DNA of 64,000 nt, from sequence record LC494302.1; one strand, given 5' to 3'. Shown here in pieces: positions 47,888-58,786 of this stretch (positions are counted from its first letter, which is position 1; the number at the start of each line of letters is the position of its first letter). Both the position numbers and the translations under genes were made by a program. The notes below the pieces were generated by a model. It was not told where the DNA came from and did not search any database. It was given only the letters and a program-made list of their open reading frames with translations.

Positions 47888-50668
47888 ATGCTTGAGTTTT
47901 TTAATTCAGATACAATGCTTGGTATCACGCTAATTTACATGTTTGTATTCTTGTTTTATCATTCAATTGTAATTAGTCTTTGGTATTTTAAAAGGAAAGT
48001 TGTTTTTAAATTGTATTCGTATGATAATGTACTCTTAGTAGTATATAGCATTATACAAGGTGGGTTTATTTTATTTGGTGTGATGACATATGTGATTTAC
48101 ATGTTACAAATTGATAATACACCACACATTACACAATATGTTGTGTTTTCAGGACTAATCGTCTGGTTATTGGTGTGTACTCTGTATTTTATTATTAAAG
48201 CTCGTGATAACTTTAAATGGGGATTCTAATGTTAGAATTTTTTAAATCAGATACAATGATTAGTATTACTTTGATTTATCTGTTTGGTTTTTTCTTTTAT
48301 CATGCACTAGTTGTAGTACTATGGTATTTTAAAAAGAAAATTGTTTTTAAACTGTATCCAGTGAGGAATTCATCACTAGTTCTTTACACACTTGTTCAAG
48401 GTTTGTTTGCAATTGTTGGTCTTATGGCACACTTAATTTATTGTGCCAATCCTCACTTGAACTCAATCTCACAATATATTGTATTCTTTGGGTTGTTCAT
48501 TTGGTTAGTTGTATACTTAATCCATCTCATTATTCATGGTAGAGATAAAATTCGCGGAGACTTCTAATGTTTGAAGCTTATCTTGAGTTTTTAAGGAGTA
48601 GTCCAGTTGCACATTCACTTGCAGGGATTATTCTAACAACTTATGTATCATTTTGGGTAGTTATGTTTCTAGGATGGTATTTTAAACGACAATTCTATAA
48701 ACGTAATGGTGAAGATTTTATGAATTCTGTCATTAATCAATCGTTGTTTGCATCAACATTGATTGCATGTATTGTAGCAACACTCACAGGAAAGGTACTA
48801 CCAGCTTTTTCCGCAGTTTACGGCACACTTGGGATGATATGTTTAACTTTTATATTGACCATTAAAATTTGTTGTGTTATGATTGAACTTCGAAATAAGA
48901 TACCGGAGGAATGATGGAGTACTTTATTGATTTACTGCCGTGGTATATGAAAGTTAGTACCATGTACTATATTATTAGTGCTGGATTCTACTTTCTGATG
49001 TGGTTCTTTAAACGACCAATTTCAGTATTCATCGCTGATAACATGTTGCAATTAAAATTACACGCATGGTTTGGTATGGCGATGATTATGCCTATTATTC
49101 ACTACTCAATGATTAGTAGAGGTTTCCGTTCTAATGGTGAACCAATTGTATTAGTATTCTATTGGGGTTCAACTATTGCATATGTAAGTTTGTTGTTGTT
49201 CCCAGTCGTTCATAAGTTACGTGCTAAAGTTCCTGATGCGAGGTACTAATGGATATAGTAACATTGATTTACACGTTGTATTCATTCTATTTCATTATGT
49301 GTTGGGTTGGATTTTTATTTGTACTCAAGATGTTTGATTATGTTGAAAAACAGATAAAAGAATTTTGTATTCCTTTTATCGGTTCAACCATTATTAGTGT
49401 TTCTTGTGTGTATTTTTTGGTTTTTGATCCACCAGATAACACTGCAATGATTGACTTGATGTTACTACCAACAACTGTTACTTTTTTATGTAGTCTGATG
49501 CCGCCGATTAGCCGTGGACTAACAGAATTTAGACGCAATCAAAAGCGTAAACGAGGGATGTAATGGAAATTGCTCTTATTATCTTAACTGCTATGCTGTT
49601 TATTAGTACTGTGGTTATAATTGGTAAATTCTTTTGTGTATCATTTTTAGAAACGGTATACGATGAAATTGCTGATGATTATGAATTACAAGCCGGATTT
49701 TTCATTACGTATTGGCTTAGTTTATTTTGTCTAGTCATTGCTTGGATTTTACATATCTTTAAATGGGGTATGGTAGACGGTGATCCTATTATGGCAATTA
49801 TTGTTCTAGTGTTTGGTATCCTTGGTGGTGCAGTGCATAATCTAATGGTTATCTGGCAAACTGTTCAATATGTTTTGGTTCCCTATTTCGAAAAGATGCA
49901 CAGTACAATTAAAAAACGTAAACGAGGTTAGTATGAACGGGATAGAATTATCTTTCGTTGGTCAATTACTAGTAATGGCGTATACATTTATCTTCTCACT
50001 GAATGCATTCGTGTGCATTGGGAAGTACTTCCATAAGCGACCATTATCAAATATATATGATGTAATCCAAAAGAGATATAGTCCAGCATATACTGTGTTG
50101 GGTACAGTATTCAATTTTGGTTTTATTGTATTAATAATTGGACTGTTCACATCCTCTTTGAATACAATAACCTTCGGTCTTATGATATGTTCATTGGTAT
50201 TAGCCGTAATTATATGTTGTTTAGTACTGCACCTTGTGGTACTATTGTATATAAAGATCTCTGAAATCCACCAACGTTTGGGTATGAGGAAATAATATGA
50301 GTTACCGTGAGATATTTTCCATTATTTCAATTATTATGTTCAGTACTGGAACACTGGTATGGTTATTATACTTCTTCTGTATTAATCCAGTGTATAATAT
50401 GTTATGTAATATTAAATCAAGTGCCGGATATATCACTTTTATGGTCTTTATGGGATATTATTGTCTAAGCATTTTAGGTGTTGTTTTGGTTGTTATATTT
50501 GATGTGGGACCAAATAGTGATGGTATGGAAATACATGAATTAATAACCATGTTTGGATGTATGATACCAACAGCACTACTGTTTGTAGCTACTGGTAGTG
50601 GATTGATAAAATTATATAATTATTTAAAATCCATTCATAATTCCATTCATAATAAGCGTATGTCATAA
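47888..50668 (+). CDS. eight tandem ~105-125 aa 3-TM membrane paralogs (starts 47888, 48229, 48567, 48911, 49249, 49563, 49933, 50297)
   Basis: Coupled ORFs, three hydrophobic segments each, W[YF]FK[RK] or K[FY]F after TM1 in most, basic C-tails; first two begin MLEFF[NK]SDTM. Confidence 0.75.
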
Positions 50669-50674
50669 TAAAAA

Positions 50675-50698
50675 ATCCAGTACTATTAAGTACTGGAT
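50675..50698. terminator. hairpin built from two AGTACT sites
   Basis: ATCCAGTACT-ATTA-AGTACTGGAT with an upstream A-run. Confidence 0.5.
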
Positions 50699-50710
50699 GT
50701 ATAAGGAGTT

Positions 50711-51373
50711 ATGATGAAATCAAAATTAGGTTTGTTTTATAAAAACTATTTTGTTAAACAACGTAAATTTATAAAAAAATATTTCTCTGGCGAGAAGTCT
50801 AGTCCTATAATCTTTAAAAGACCAAGTTATAATACTTACTTAGCTGGTGCTAAACAGTCTAAGAAATTTATTACTCTTTTACATAAAAACAAAATTAAAG
50901 CTTCTTATGTTGAAACGAGAAGAAACTCATCAATAACTCCTGGTGATTTTATTGAGTACGGATGTTTCAATATTAAGTACAATGATAATACATACTTTAT
51001 GGATATTGATTGTAATACATCCAATCTTTTTAACATTGTAGTAAATCCATTAAAACAATATAATGTTTATGGTGATTCTATTATCAAATTAATCAAAAAC
51101 AAAGATAGCTTTGATTTTGAAATAAATGTTTTAGATGATAATTTTGACGAAGTACCAGTAAACCCTGAAATCTGTGATATTTTAAACAGTTTAAAAGGTA
51201 GTACCTACACTATATCATCTGATTTAATGTTTCAGTACTCATTAATCCATAAAGATATTGAAAAGTATATTGAATGCTCCAGAATTTTGAATTTTCTCTA
51301 TGATGAATTTAAAAAGAGTTCTAAAATAACTGCATACACTTTGTACAATATTCCTAAAATGGTGAATCTTTAA
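50711..51373 (+). CDS. hypothetical protein, divergent EExFFQxST-motif family
   Basis: motif SSDLMFQYSLIHKDI. Confidence 0.6.
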   Translation: MMKSKLGLFYKNYFVKQRKFIKKYFSGEKSSPIIFKRPSYNTYLAGAKQSKKFITLLHKNKIKASYVETRRNSSITPGDFIEYGCFNIKYNDNTYFMDIDCNTSNLFNIVVNPLKQYNVYGDSIIKLIKNKDSFDFEINVLDDNFDEVPVNPEICDILNSLKGSTYTISSDLMFQYSLIHKDIEKYIECSRILNFLYDEFKKSSKITAYTLYNIPKMVNL

Positions 51374-51777
51374 CAAATACAGTACTGGCAACTCCACCGT
51401 CTGTAATATATTGTCCAGTACTGTAAATTTGTATACCATCGGTTAAGTAAGTTCTGTATAAAGTTGCTGTAACATATACGTTATTCATATTCATCTCTAT
51501 TGGTAGTACACATTTGGTATAGGCCGACACATCTGTTTGTGTACCTATACCCAATTGACCTGCGTTATCGCCTGTGTTATTACCAGTTGCGTAAACACCC
51601 AATGAAGTTATAATATGATTAGAAAAATATGAATAACCCAAACTCTTGAGATTCTCTACTGTACAACGTACCATCTGACATAAGGGCAAAAACTGTTGTA
51701 TCAGATGAAGCTATTTTTGTTACAGAAGGTTGTATGTTCTGTTTTGATGATGTGATAATTCTTCGAAAGGGTAGCAT
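51354..51777 (-). pseudogene. internally deleted, frame-broken MLPF-family RCC1-like gene
   Basis: GGAGG-ATG gives MLPFRRIITSSKQNIQPSVTKIASSDTTVFALMSDGTLYSR, then a frame change near 51650 to a C-terminus resembling that of 58787..59974. Confidence 0.7.
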
Positions 51778-51849
51778 TGTATCCTCCAAATGTAAATCGT
51801 TATTATATTTAGGACAAAAAAATGCCAGTACAAGGCACTGGCATAAAAT

Positions 51850-53019
51850 CTAAGCAGAAGGCATATCCTTCATCTTAATAAATGAAAATTGTGTACCAGT
51901 ATTTGTGGTTTGATCAGTAAAATATGAATTACTACCAGCCCAGTACAATTCATTATTAACTATACAATATATAACAGAACTCGAACTCTGTGAATACACA
52001 CGACTTATATTTGATGGTTCTACTCCAGTACTGAACTGAACCGAACCCAACTGTGAACTTGGTATCACATCAGTTGGTCTACCTAAACCATTAACACCAG
52101 CCCCACCACCACATGTATATACCCCAGTACTATCAGTTGATATATTAACATAACCATTTCCAGCATTTTCAAATAGTATTTCACTGGGAACAACACCAAA
52201 TCCTGTAAGATCTATTTTCCTGAATGTAGTATAAACCGTAGAACCGCCAACACCTCTTCCACCATAATCATTAGAACCAGCCATATAGATACTATATCCA
52301 GAACTTCCTAAACATAATAACTGTACGTTGTCATATAATATTTGCATAGATATAACGTTATCAGGAATACTCAATACCGTAAAAGTAGTTAAAGAAGAAC
52401 TTCCAATATTACTACCAACCGATGTTCCACATCTGTAGTACTTACCGCCCTTTATATAATGGAATGATGAACCACCTAATTTATGTGCTCCTATTGCACT
52501 TACCTCAGTATCTATGAGAATGGGAGATACAACTTTGTTATTAACACCTAACTCAGATCTACTGTTCATACCGAACCCATATAAACGACCATCTAACATC
52601 AATATTAGTGTACTACCTGATGTACCCGCTGATGTAAATTCTATATTCTTTATCTGTGACACGTCAATACCTACAAATAATGAAGTTACTTCAGTCCAGT
52701 TAACATATGAACCACTAGCCCCAAAATATCCACCCATGTATAGTCCGGCACAATATAACTTATTATCAACCGTCTTTATTAATGTACCGGATACACACGC
52801 CCAAAAATCATCAACTTCATAGGGTACATGTACCCAACCACCTAATACATCACTATCATTCCCTGTTCCTAATTTGTAGTTCGATCCAGAACCACGCATA
52901 TACATATTCCCTGTACTATAAAGTAATCCGACATGTAATTGACTACCATCCAATTTCTTTATTTCGGGAAGAGTTGGTTTAATATTTCCGTACTTTAACA
53001 TTCTTCCAAAAGGTAACAT
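51850..53019 (-). CDS. MLPF-tag RCC1/BLIP-II-like repeat protein (389 aa)
   Basis: Start MLPFGRMLKYGNI after GGAGG; repeats LYGFGMNSRSELG, YMAGSNDYGGRG. Confidence 0.8.
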   Translation of the reverse strand: MLPFGRMLKYGNIKPTLPEIKKLDGSQLHVGLLYSTGNMYMRGSGSNYKLGTGNDSDVLGGWVHVPYEVDDFWACVSGTLIKTVDNKLYCAGLYMGGYFGASGSYVNWTEVTSLFVGIDVSQIKNIEFTSAGTSGSTLILMLDGRLYGFGMNSRSELGVNNKVVSPILIDTEVSAIGAHKLGGSSFHYIKGGKYYRCGTSVGSNIGSSSLTTFTVLSIPDNVISMQILYDNVQLLCLGSSGYSIYMAGSNDYGGRGVGGSTVYTTFRKIDLTGFGVVPSEILFENAGNGYVNISTDSTGVYTCGGGAGVNGLGRPTDVIPSSQLGSVQFSTGVEPSNISRVYSQSSSSVIYCIVNNELYWAGSNSYFTDQTTNTGTQFSFIKMKDMPSA

Positions 53020-53083
53020 AATTCCTCCTTTATTCATTATACTATATTTAATACAAATAAGAAAGCCAGTACAAAGTACTGGC
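53020..53083 (-). repeat. intergenic cassette (hairpin + TAAATATAGTATAA + GGAGG); copies also at 55398-55462, 56682-56747, 57906-57970, 58716-58779, 59975-60039, 61195-61259, 62406-62469
   Basis: Near-identical ~64 bp unit GCCAGTA..TACTGGC-(AT)TTCTT[AT]TTTGTATTAAATATAGTATAA..AATAA[AG]GGAGG. Confidence 0.9.
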
Positions 53084-53097
53084 ATAGTTTTATAGTA

Positions 53098-54207
53098 TTA
53101 TTTCGGCATTGTAATTGCAGACCATGAGTTCGTGGTAATAGGACCTGGTACATACAAAAAAGAACCACAAGCATAAATTTGATTATTACCATCAAATACT
53201 ATACTAAAATGTGCACATGTGTATAATGATGATTTTTCTGGGTTGTAATTATCTAAAGTTAGTGTATTGGTGAATCTACTCAAACCACCTCCCGAACCAT
53301 TTCTACCAAATTCACCAGTACTGTATATCTTTCCTTCGGTTGTTGCGTACATATTAACATATGAAGTCGCACTTGATTTTGATATTTTATGTATCTTACT
53401 ATCAATAGTAGTGGAGTTAAATGCAAATGGATATACTTGTGTGTTCGTTGTAATACCGTTACCAAGTTGACCAATATACTGCCAACCTGCGTTGTATATA
53501 TTGCTGGCTGAATAAGCAAGAGTACCAGTACTGTTACCACCAAATAGTTTAACACTTGTTAACCTGCTTACTAGTGTAGTATACTGTCCTGGACTTACGC
53601 CAAGTGAACCATACCCACTGCTCCCGCAACCGAGAAGTTCATTATTTGATGTTAATATTAATGTGTTATTCTGTGTACCCAATATATCAAGAACTGTATT
53701 AGCTCCGGTATTAATAACTGAAACAAAAGTACTCTGAGCCGTGGAATACCCACCACCGAGTGAATAGTTACCATTCATGCCTCTACCATAAACAATCGAA
53801 CCACTAGCATCAACGTAGTGCATTGTATCTGCACCAATTGATATCATTTTAATATTAGATATATGTGGAAATGAAGAAGTAACATTCAAACCACCCAACG
53901 GAATCATAGTATTTCCTGTGCCTAATTGTGTGGTAACTCCATGCATTATGAATTCTTCACCCTTGAGATAAAGAATATTGTACGCACCAGCCCATGCATC
54001 AGTAACACCTTCTGAAATTAATATCCAAGTATTTCTTGTTGCTGTATTTTCAACGTTTAACTGCAAATACGTATTAACCCCACAACCATAAAGTGAGCCA
54101 TCGCCATAGAGGACGTACAAATTATCAAGACCGCACAGTACTTTCTTTATCTTTGGAGCTTCAGGTGCAATATTTCCGTACTTAACCATTCTAGCAAAAG
54201 GTAACAT
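53098..54207 (-). CDS. MLPF-tag RCC1-like repeat protein (369 aa)
   Basis: MLPFARMVKYGNI; LYGCGVNTYLQL, YGRGMNGNYSLG, AGWQYIGQLG. Confidence 0.8.
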   Translation of the reverse strand: MLPFARMVKYGNIAPEAPKIKKVLCGLDNLYVLYGDGSLYGCGVNTYLQLNVENTATRNTWILISEGVTDAWAGAYNILYLKGEEFIMHGVTTQLGTGNTMIPLGGLNVTSSFPHISNIKMISIGADTMHYVDASGSIVYGRGMNGNYSLGGGYSTAQSTFVSVINTGANTVLDILGTQNNTLILTSNNELLGCGSSGYGSLGVSPGQYTTLVSRLTSVKLFGGNSTGTLAYSASNIYNAGWQYIGQLGNGITTNTQVYPFAFNSTTIDSKIHKISKSSATSYVNMYATTEGKIYSTGEFGRNGSGGGLSRFTNTLTLDNYNPEKSSLYTCAHFSIVFDGNNQIYACGSFLYVPGPITTNSWSAITMPK

Positions 54208-54217
54208 AAATTCCTCC

Positions 54218-55397
54218 TTAAATTTGTGGCAATTGGTATTCAGTTAAAGTCCATGTACCAACAACTGTCCCTACTGGAGACATACCAGTGTAGTATAATT
54301 TCCCATTCACATATGCAAATAATGCATTGTCATTCGCAGCAACCAACGATGTTGACGGATCATAAACTACAGAATTTGGAAATTGTGCTTGGACGAAAAT
54401 TGAAGCATTATTAGATGAATTGTTACCAAGCTGTCCATAATTATTATACCCTGTTCCAAAAATACGACTTCCATTTCTATATAATAATCCCCTAGGATTT
54501 TGTGAATATGTTTGTATAAATTCAAAATCGGAAACATTAGTTAATTGTAAATAAGTACTTTGTGGCGTTAAAGATATCTTATTAGTATTAGATAGAACAC
54601 CATTTCCTAATTGTCCGTGAATTTTGTGACCCTACACCATATAGCGGATAAGTATTATCTACATTAAGAACTATACCCAACATATTGTTATATGAAATTA
54701 TATCAACGGGGTACTGGCCTGTAGGAAAACTATACTTTGTCCAACTCGTCAAAGTATCAGTAGCAGAACCAGTTAACAATGTACCAGTACTAGTTTTACC
54801 ACATCGCCATACTGAATTATCATTTTTAATTATCCAAGTCGGACTATTGAAAAATGAACTAACCTTTTTAACATTAATATTAACCTGTGTAAATGATGTA
54901 AGTGTAGATGAACTACTACCCAACTCATAGGTCGAATTATCACCTATTGCGTAAAGAACACTATCATTTGTTAGTAAAAACATATTACGAACATTTGGAT
55001 ATATCTCCTTGATATTATCCACATTAAAACCTGAAAAATAAGACGTACAATCAACAAATGTAGTACTTTGAACTGCACTAGATGTACCAGTCCAAAGGTT
55101 CCAACCTGCATAATAAAATTTATTATCATTGGTCTGAACTAAGCTATATGAAGCATTCCTTGTGCACCAAAAATTTTTCACATTTTGCATTAAGCGAACC
55201 CATTTGGTCTGTGTCGTTGTATTTCCAAGACCGAATATACCAGCATTGTTACCGCCAATACCCCACAAATCACCGTTCTTATACAGAATCATCAATGTGT
55301 TGTTGGTAAAAGCCGATGGTGCTTGCATTTTAATTACACTAGATTCATATATAGGTGCTATATTCCCGTACTTAACCATTCTTGCAAAAGGTAACAT
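54218..55397 (-). pseudogene. MLPF-tag RCC1-like gene with single-base frameshift at about 54620
   Basis: Deleting one T in CAAAATTCACGGA restores QNHGQLGNG and an open frame to TAA at 54218 (392 aa). Confidence 0.75.
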
Positions 55398-55505
55398 AAA
55401 TCCCTCCTTTATTCATTATACTATATTTAATACAAAAAGAAATGCCAGTATCAAGTACTGGCATTATGTTAATTAATAGTGTCTTTCTAAACACATTTCG
55501 TGCCT

Positions 55506-56681
55506 TTATTCAGGTAGTACCAATTTCTTCATTGTAACTTGTTGTGTACCTGGACTCTGTTCCTGAAACATAGACCCGTTACCACACCAGTACACCTCAT
55601 TAGTCCCCACTAACGCGTATAACACACCAGAACCACCTTGTACTGAAAATGCATTAACATCTGGTGCAACATCCATATCCTCATATTGTACCTGGTGGTA
55701 ATAAGATCTTTCTGATGCAGTAGTAACAGGCCAACCAAGAGGAACACCACTACCACATGTATAAAGTTTACCATTCTGTGTCATTGCCATTATAAAATAA
55801 TTCAAACTGTGATTGTTCATCGACCCAGCATCTGGTATAATACCACTAATTTCGGGAGTAGCACTAAATGGACTCATTGTAACCTTCGTGTCTCCATACC
55901 CAATTCCTAAACAATAATCAGTGTTTATCCCAGCAGTATATACTCTAATATTACCCTTATTCGATGTAAGTACTGAAGTCGTCAAATTAGTACATGAAAT
56001 ACCAATAACTGTTCCAGATATATCAGTACTTACTGTAAATGTGGATAGTTTAGATGCACTTGTACCTAGGTTATAACTTGCGTTATTACCACATCTGTAA
56101 TATTGACCATTTTTAACATAATGTAAAGCACCACCAAAGTGTGTACCAGCAATCATAGTAACACCAGTATCAATCTTAATCGGTGTCGCTTTTGCACCAG
56201 AAACACCCAGTTCACCTCCAGTATTACTACCTATCCCGTATAAATCACCATTGCTTAACATAATTAATAAAGTACCATTTGAAGCGACAGTCTCAGTAGA
56301 AGCTATATCTTGAACTGTAGTAAGGCTTGGTATTGTAGACAATATTGATGTAATATTTGTCCATCCTGGAACAGGCGATTTGACCACACCAAGGTATCCC
56401 ATTTGTCCTGCTAAGTAAAATTCTCCTTCAGTCGTAAGTATAATGGTCCCTGCGGATAAACACCAAACATTAGCAACTTTATATGGACACTGTATCCATC
56501 CATTTTGTAAATACGCAGTACTATCATTTCCTAGCCTATATTGTGCACCATTACCACGTAGATATAAATTGCCACTATCGAACAACATACCCACATGTGT
56601 TGTAGATGTAGCAATCTTCAGTACACCCGAAGGTGCTGGTTTAACATTCCCGTACTTAACCATTCTTGCAAAAGGTAACAT
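55506..56681 (-). CDS. MLPF-tag RCC1-like repeat protein (391 aa)
   Basis: MLPFARMVKYGNV; closest in sequence to 51850..53019. Confidence 0.8.
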   Translation of the reverse strand: MLPFARMVKYGNVKPAPSGVLKIATSTTHVGMLFDSGNLYLRGNGAQYRLGNDSTAYLQNGWIQCPYKVANVWCLSAGTIILTTEGEFYLAGQMGYLGVVKSPVPGWTNITSILSTIPSLTTVQDIASTETVASNGTLLIMLSNGDLYGIGSNTGGELGVSGAKATPIKIDTGVTMIAGTHFGGALHYVKNGQYYRCGNNASYNLGTSASKLSTFTVSTDISGTVIGISCTNLTTSVLTSNKGNIRVYTAGINTDYCLGIGYGDTKVTMSPFSATPEISGIIPDAGSMNNHSLNYFIMAMTQNGKLYTCGSGVPLGWPVTTASERSYYHQVQYEDMDVAPDVNAFSVQGGSGVLYALVGTNEVYWCGNGSMFQEQSPGTQQVTMKKLVLPE

Positions 56682-56753
56682 AAATTCCTCCTTTATTCAT
56701 TATACTATATTTAATACAAAAAGAAATGCCAGTACTTGAGTACTGGCTTTATG

Positions 56754-57905
56754 TCAATAAACATCCCAAGGTAATGGTGTCTTTCTAAACCCATACCTAG
56801 TTGCGTTCTGCCCATCTCCGGCAATGTATCTACCGGTCCCACACTGATATAATTCAGTACTGCTACATATCGCACCACCAATAGTACCACTACACCACTG
56901 TGTTATATTAGAATATAATATTGGTAAATCACTACATTTGGTATATAATGCAACAGTGGCAGCCCCGCTCGGACCACCAAACACACTTCGGTTCGAACCC
57001 GTGTAATATATGCCATCTGGACTCATAAATGCAGATGTATAAGTTGTACTGCAATCCACTGGACTTCTTATATTATTAAGATCGCTTGGGTATGCTCTAG
57101 CACCATATGTGTATACATTACCAGCAGTAGTAATACCATTACCTAACTGACCATCATTTTGTCCACCACATGTAACCAACGATGCAGTACCGGAAACAAT
57201 TGCAGTAGCATTATACGAAGTACCTATAGCAATAGAAGCACCCGCCCTTTGGGATGGGGTAGGAACTGCGGCTGCGTTCCCCTGACCTAATTCACCATTG
57301 ACATTTCTTCCCCATCCATATACCGAGGTGGTATCTAATTGACATAGTACTGTACCATAACTAAACGTATATCGTATATCTTTCACAGCCGATGGTAAAC
57401 CACTAACTTTAGTTGCAACACTAATAACTCCAGAAACACCAGTAACTCCAGCGTTTGCGTTCATATTACGTCCATATGCGTATAAAGAACCATCAGCAGT
57501 TTTAATATGCATCATGCCATCTGTGCAATATAATGCATCGATGCTATCCACTACAACCGCTCCCATACTAGACGTTATATCGTTCCACCCAAGCGTTGTA
57601 GTACTAGAAATTAAGTTATTTCCGGCGTAAAGTATTCTATTATCATTTGTAACAACTACAGTATAATTGGTAGTAACGCCAATTAATCTAACATTCTCAT
57701 GTATCTTAGACCACATTCCTATTGAATTTGTGTTAGCGTCCAGAAATCCCAACTGACCAGCGGTATTATATCCAATACCCCACACATCACCTTCACTGTC
57801 CAATAACACTTCATGTGAAAAGCCAATCTTAAAATCTTTTATTGTAGGAACTACTGGAACTGGTGCAATATTCCCGTACTTAACCATTCTTCCAAAAGGT
57901 AACAT
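56754..57905 (-). CDS. MLPF-tag RCC1-like repeat protein (383 aa)
   Basis: MLPFGRMVKYGNI; VWGIGYNTAGQLG, VYGWGRNVNGELG. Confidence 0.82.
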   Translation of the reverse strand: MLPFGRMVKYGNIAPVPVVPTIKDFKIGFSHEVLLDSEGDVWGIGYNTAGQLGFLDANTNSIGMWSKIHENVRLIGVTTNYTVVVTNDNRILYAGNNLISSTTTLGWNDITSSMGAVVVDSIDALYCTDGMMHIKTADGSLYAYGRNMNANAGVTGVSGVISVATKVSGLPSAVKDIRYTFSYGTVLCQLDTTSVYGWGRNVNGELGQGNAAAVPTPSQRAGASIAIGTSYNATAIVSGTASLVTCGGQNDGQLGNGITTAGNVYTYGARAYPSDLNNIRSPVDCSTTYTSAFMSPDGIYYTGSNRSVFGGPSGAATVALYTKCSDLPILYSNITQWCSGTIGGAICSSTELYQCGTGRYIAGDGQNATRYGFRKTPLPWDVY

Positions 57906-57977
57906 AATTCCCCTCCTTATTCATTATACTATATTTAATACAAATAAGAAAGCCAGTATCAAGTACTGGCCTATATT

Positions 57978-58715
57978 TTAGACTGAATTGTTAGGATAAT
58001 ATCTCCCACGTCCCCATATTATTCGCACAGCACCACCACCAGCAGCCGTATAAGAAAAATTATCCCATATACTACCACCACCACCATACATCTTACCAGC
58101 ACCACCACTACCAGCACCACCATTATATGAACCATCGTATCTACCGCCAATACCATTAGCACCTTGAACAATGATACCAGTACCACCACCCGTACCAATG
58201 AACGAGGTATTATAGAATGCACCACCACCACCGCCGCCGCCAGCACCATTTTCACCAGTGATTGCATCTCCGTTACCACCTTTACCAGTGTAGCCACCAG
58301 CACCACCACCAATGACTGCACCACCACTTACACCAGCGTTGCCCCCATTACCACCACCATCATTAATAGCGTTAGCAGCTTTCCCACCTAGTCCACCAAC
58401 CCTATATTCACCAGTGAAGCTAACACATAGTTTTTCAGTTCCACGATATAAACCGTTTTCAACTGCTGTAGTAGTGTTGGGATGTGTAAGAGAAACACTT
58501 AAGTACTCACCACTAGTAACCGGAATATTATTACGCCACGATAAGCCGCCACCAGCACCACGTTGACCACCCGGCGAAATAACACATACTGATATTTCGG
58601 TAACGCCAGCAGGAACTGTAAATTGTGTTGTTCCTATTGTCGTGATTAATTGTTCACCATCTGGCTTATATTCAATTTTATTCCCGTACTTTACCATTCT
58701 TCCAAAAGGTAACAT
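57978..58715 (-). CDS. MLPF-tag glycine-rich protein (fibre-like, not RCC1)
   Basis: MLPFGRMVKYGNK then TTQFTVPAGVTEISVCVISPGG and long GGxGG tracts ending GAVRIIW. Confidence 0.78.
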   Translation of the reverse strand: MLPFGRMVKYGNKIEYKPDGEQLITTIGTTQFTVPAGVTEISVCVISPGGQRGAGGGLSWRNNIPVTSGEYLSVSLTHPNTTTAVENGLYRGTEKLCVSFTGEYRVGGLGGKAANAINDGGGNGGNAGVSGGAVIGGGAGGYTGKGGNGDAITGENGAGGGGGGGAFYNTSFIGTGGGTGIIVQGANGIGGRYDGSYNGGAGSGGAGKMYGGGGSIWDNFSYTAAGGGAVRIIWGRGRYYPNNSV

Positions 58716-58786
58716 ACTTCCTCCTTTATTCATTATACTATATTTAATACAAATAAGAAAGCCAGTACTCAGTACTGGCTATTATA

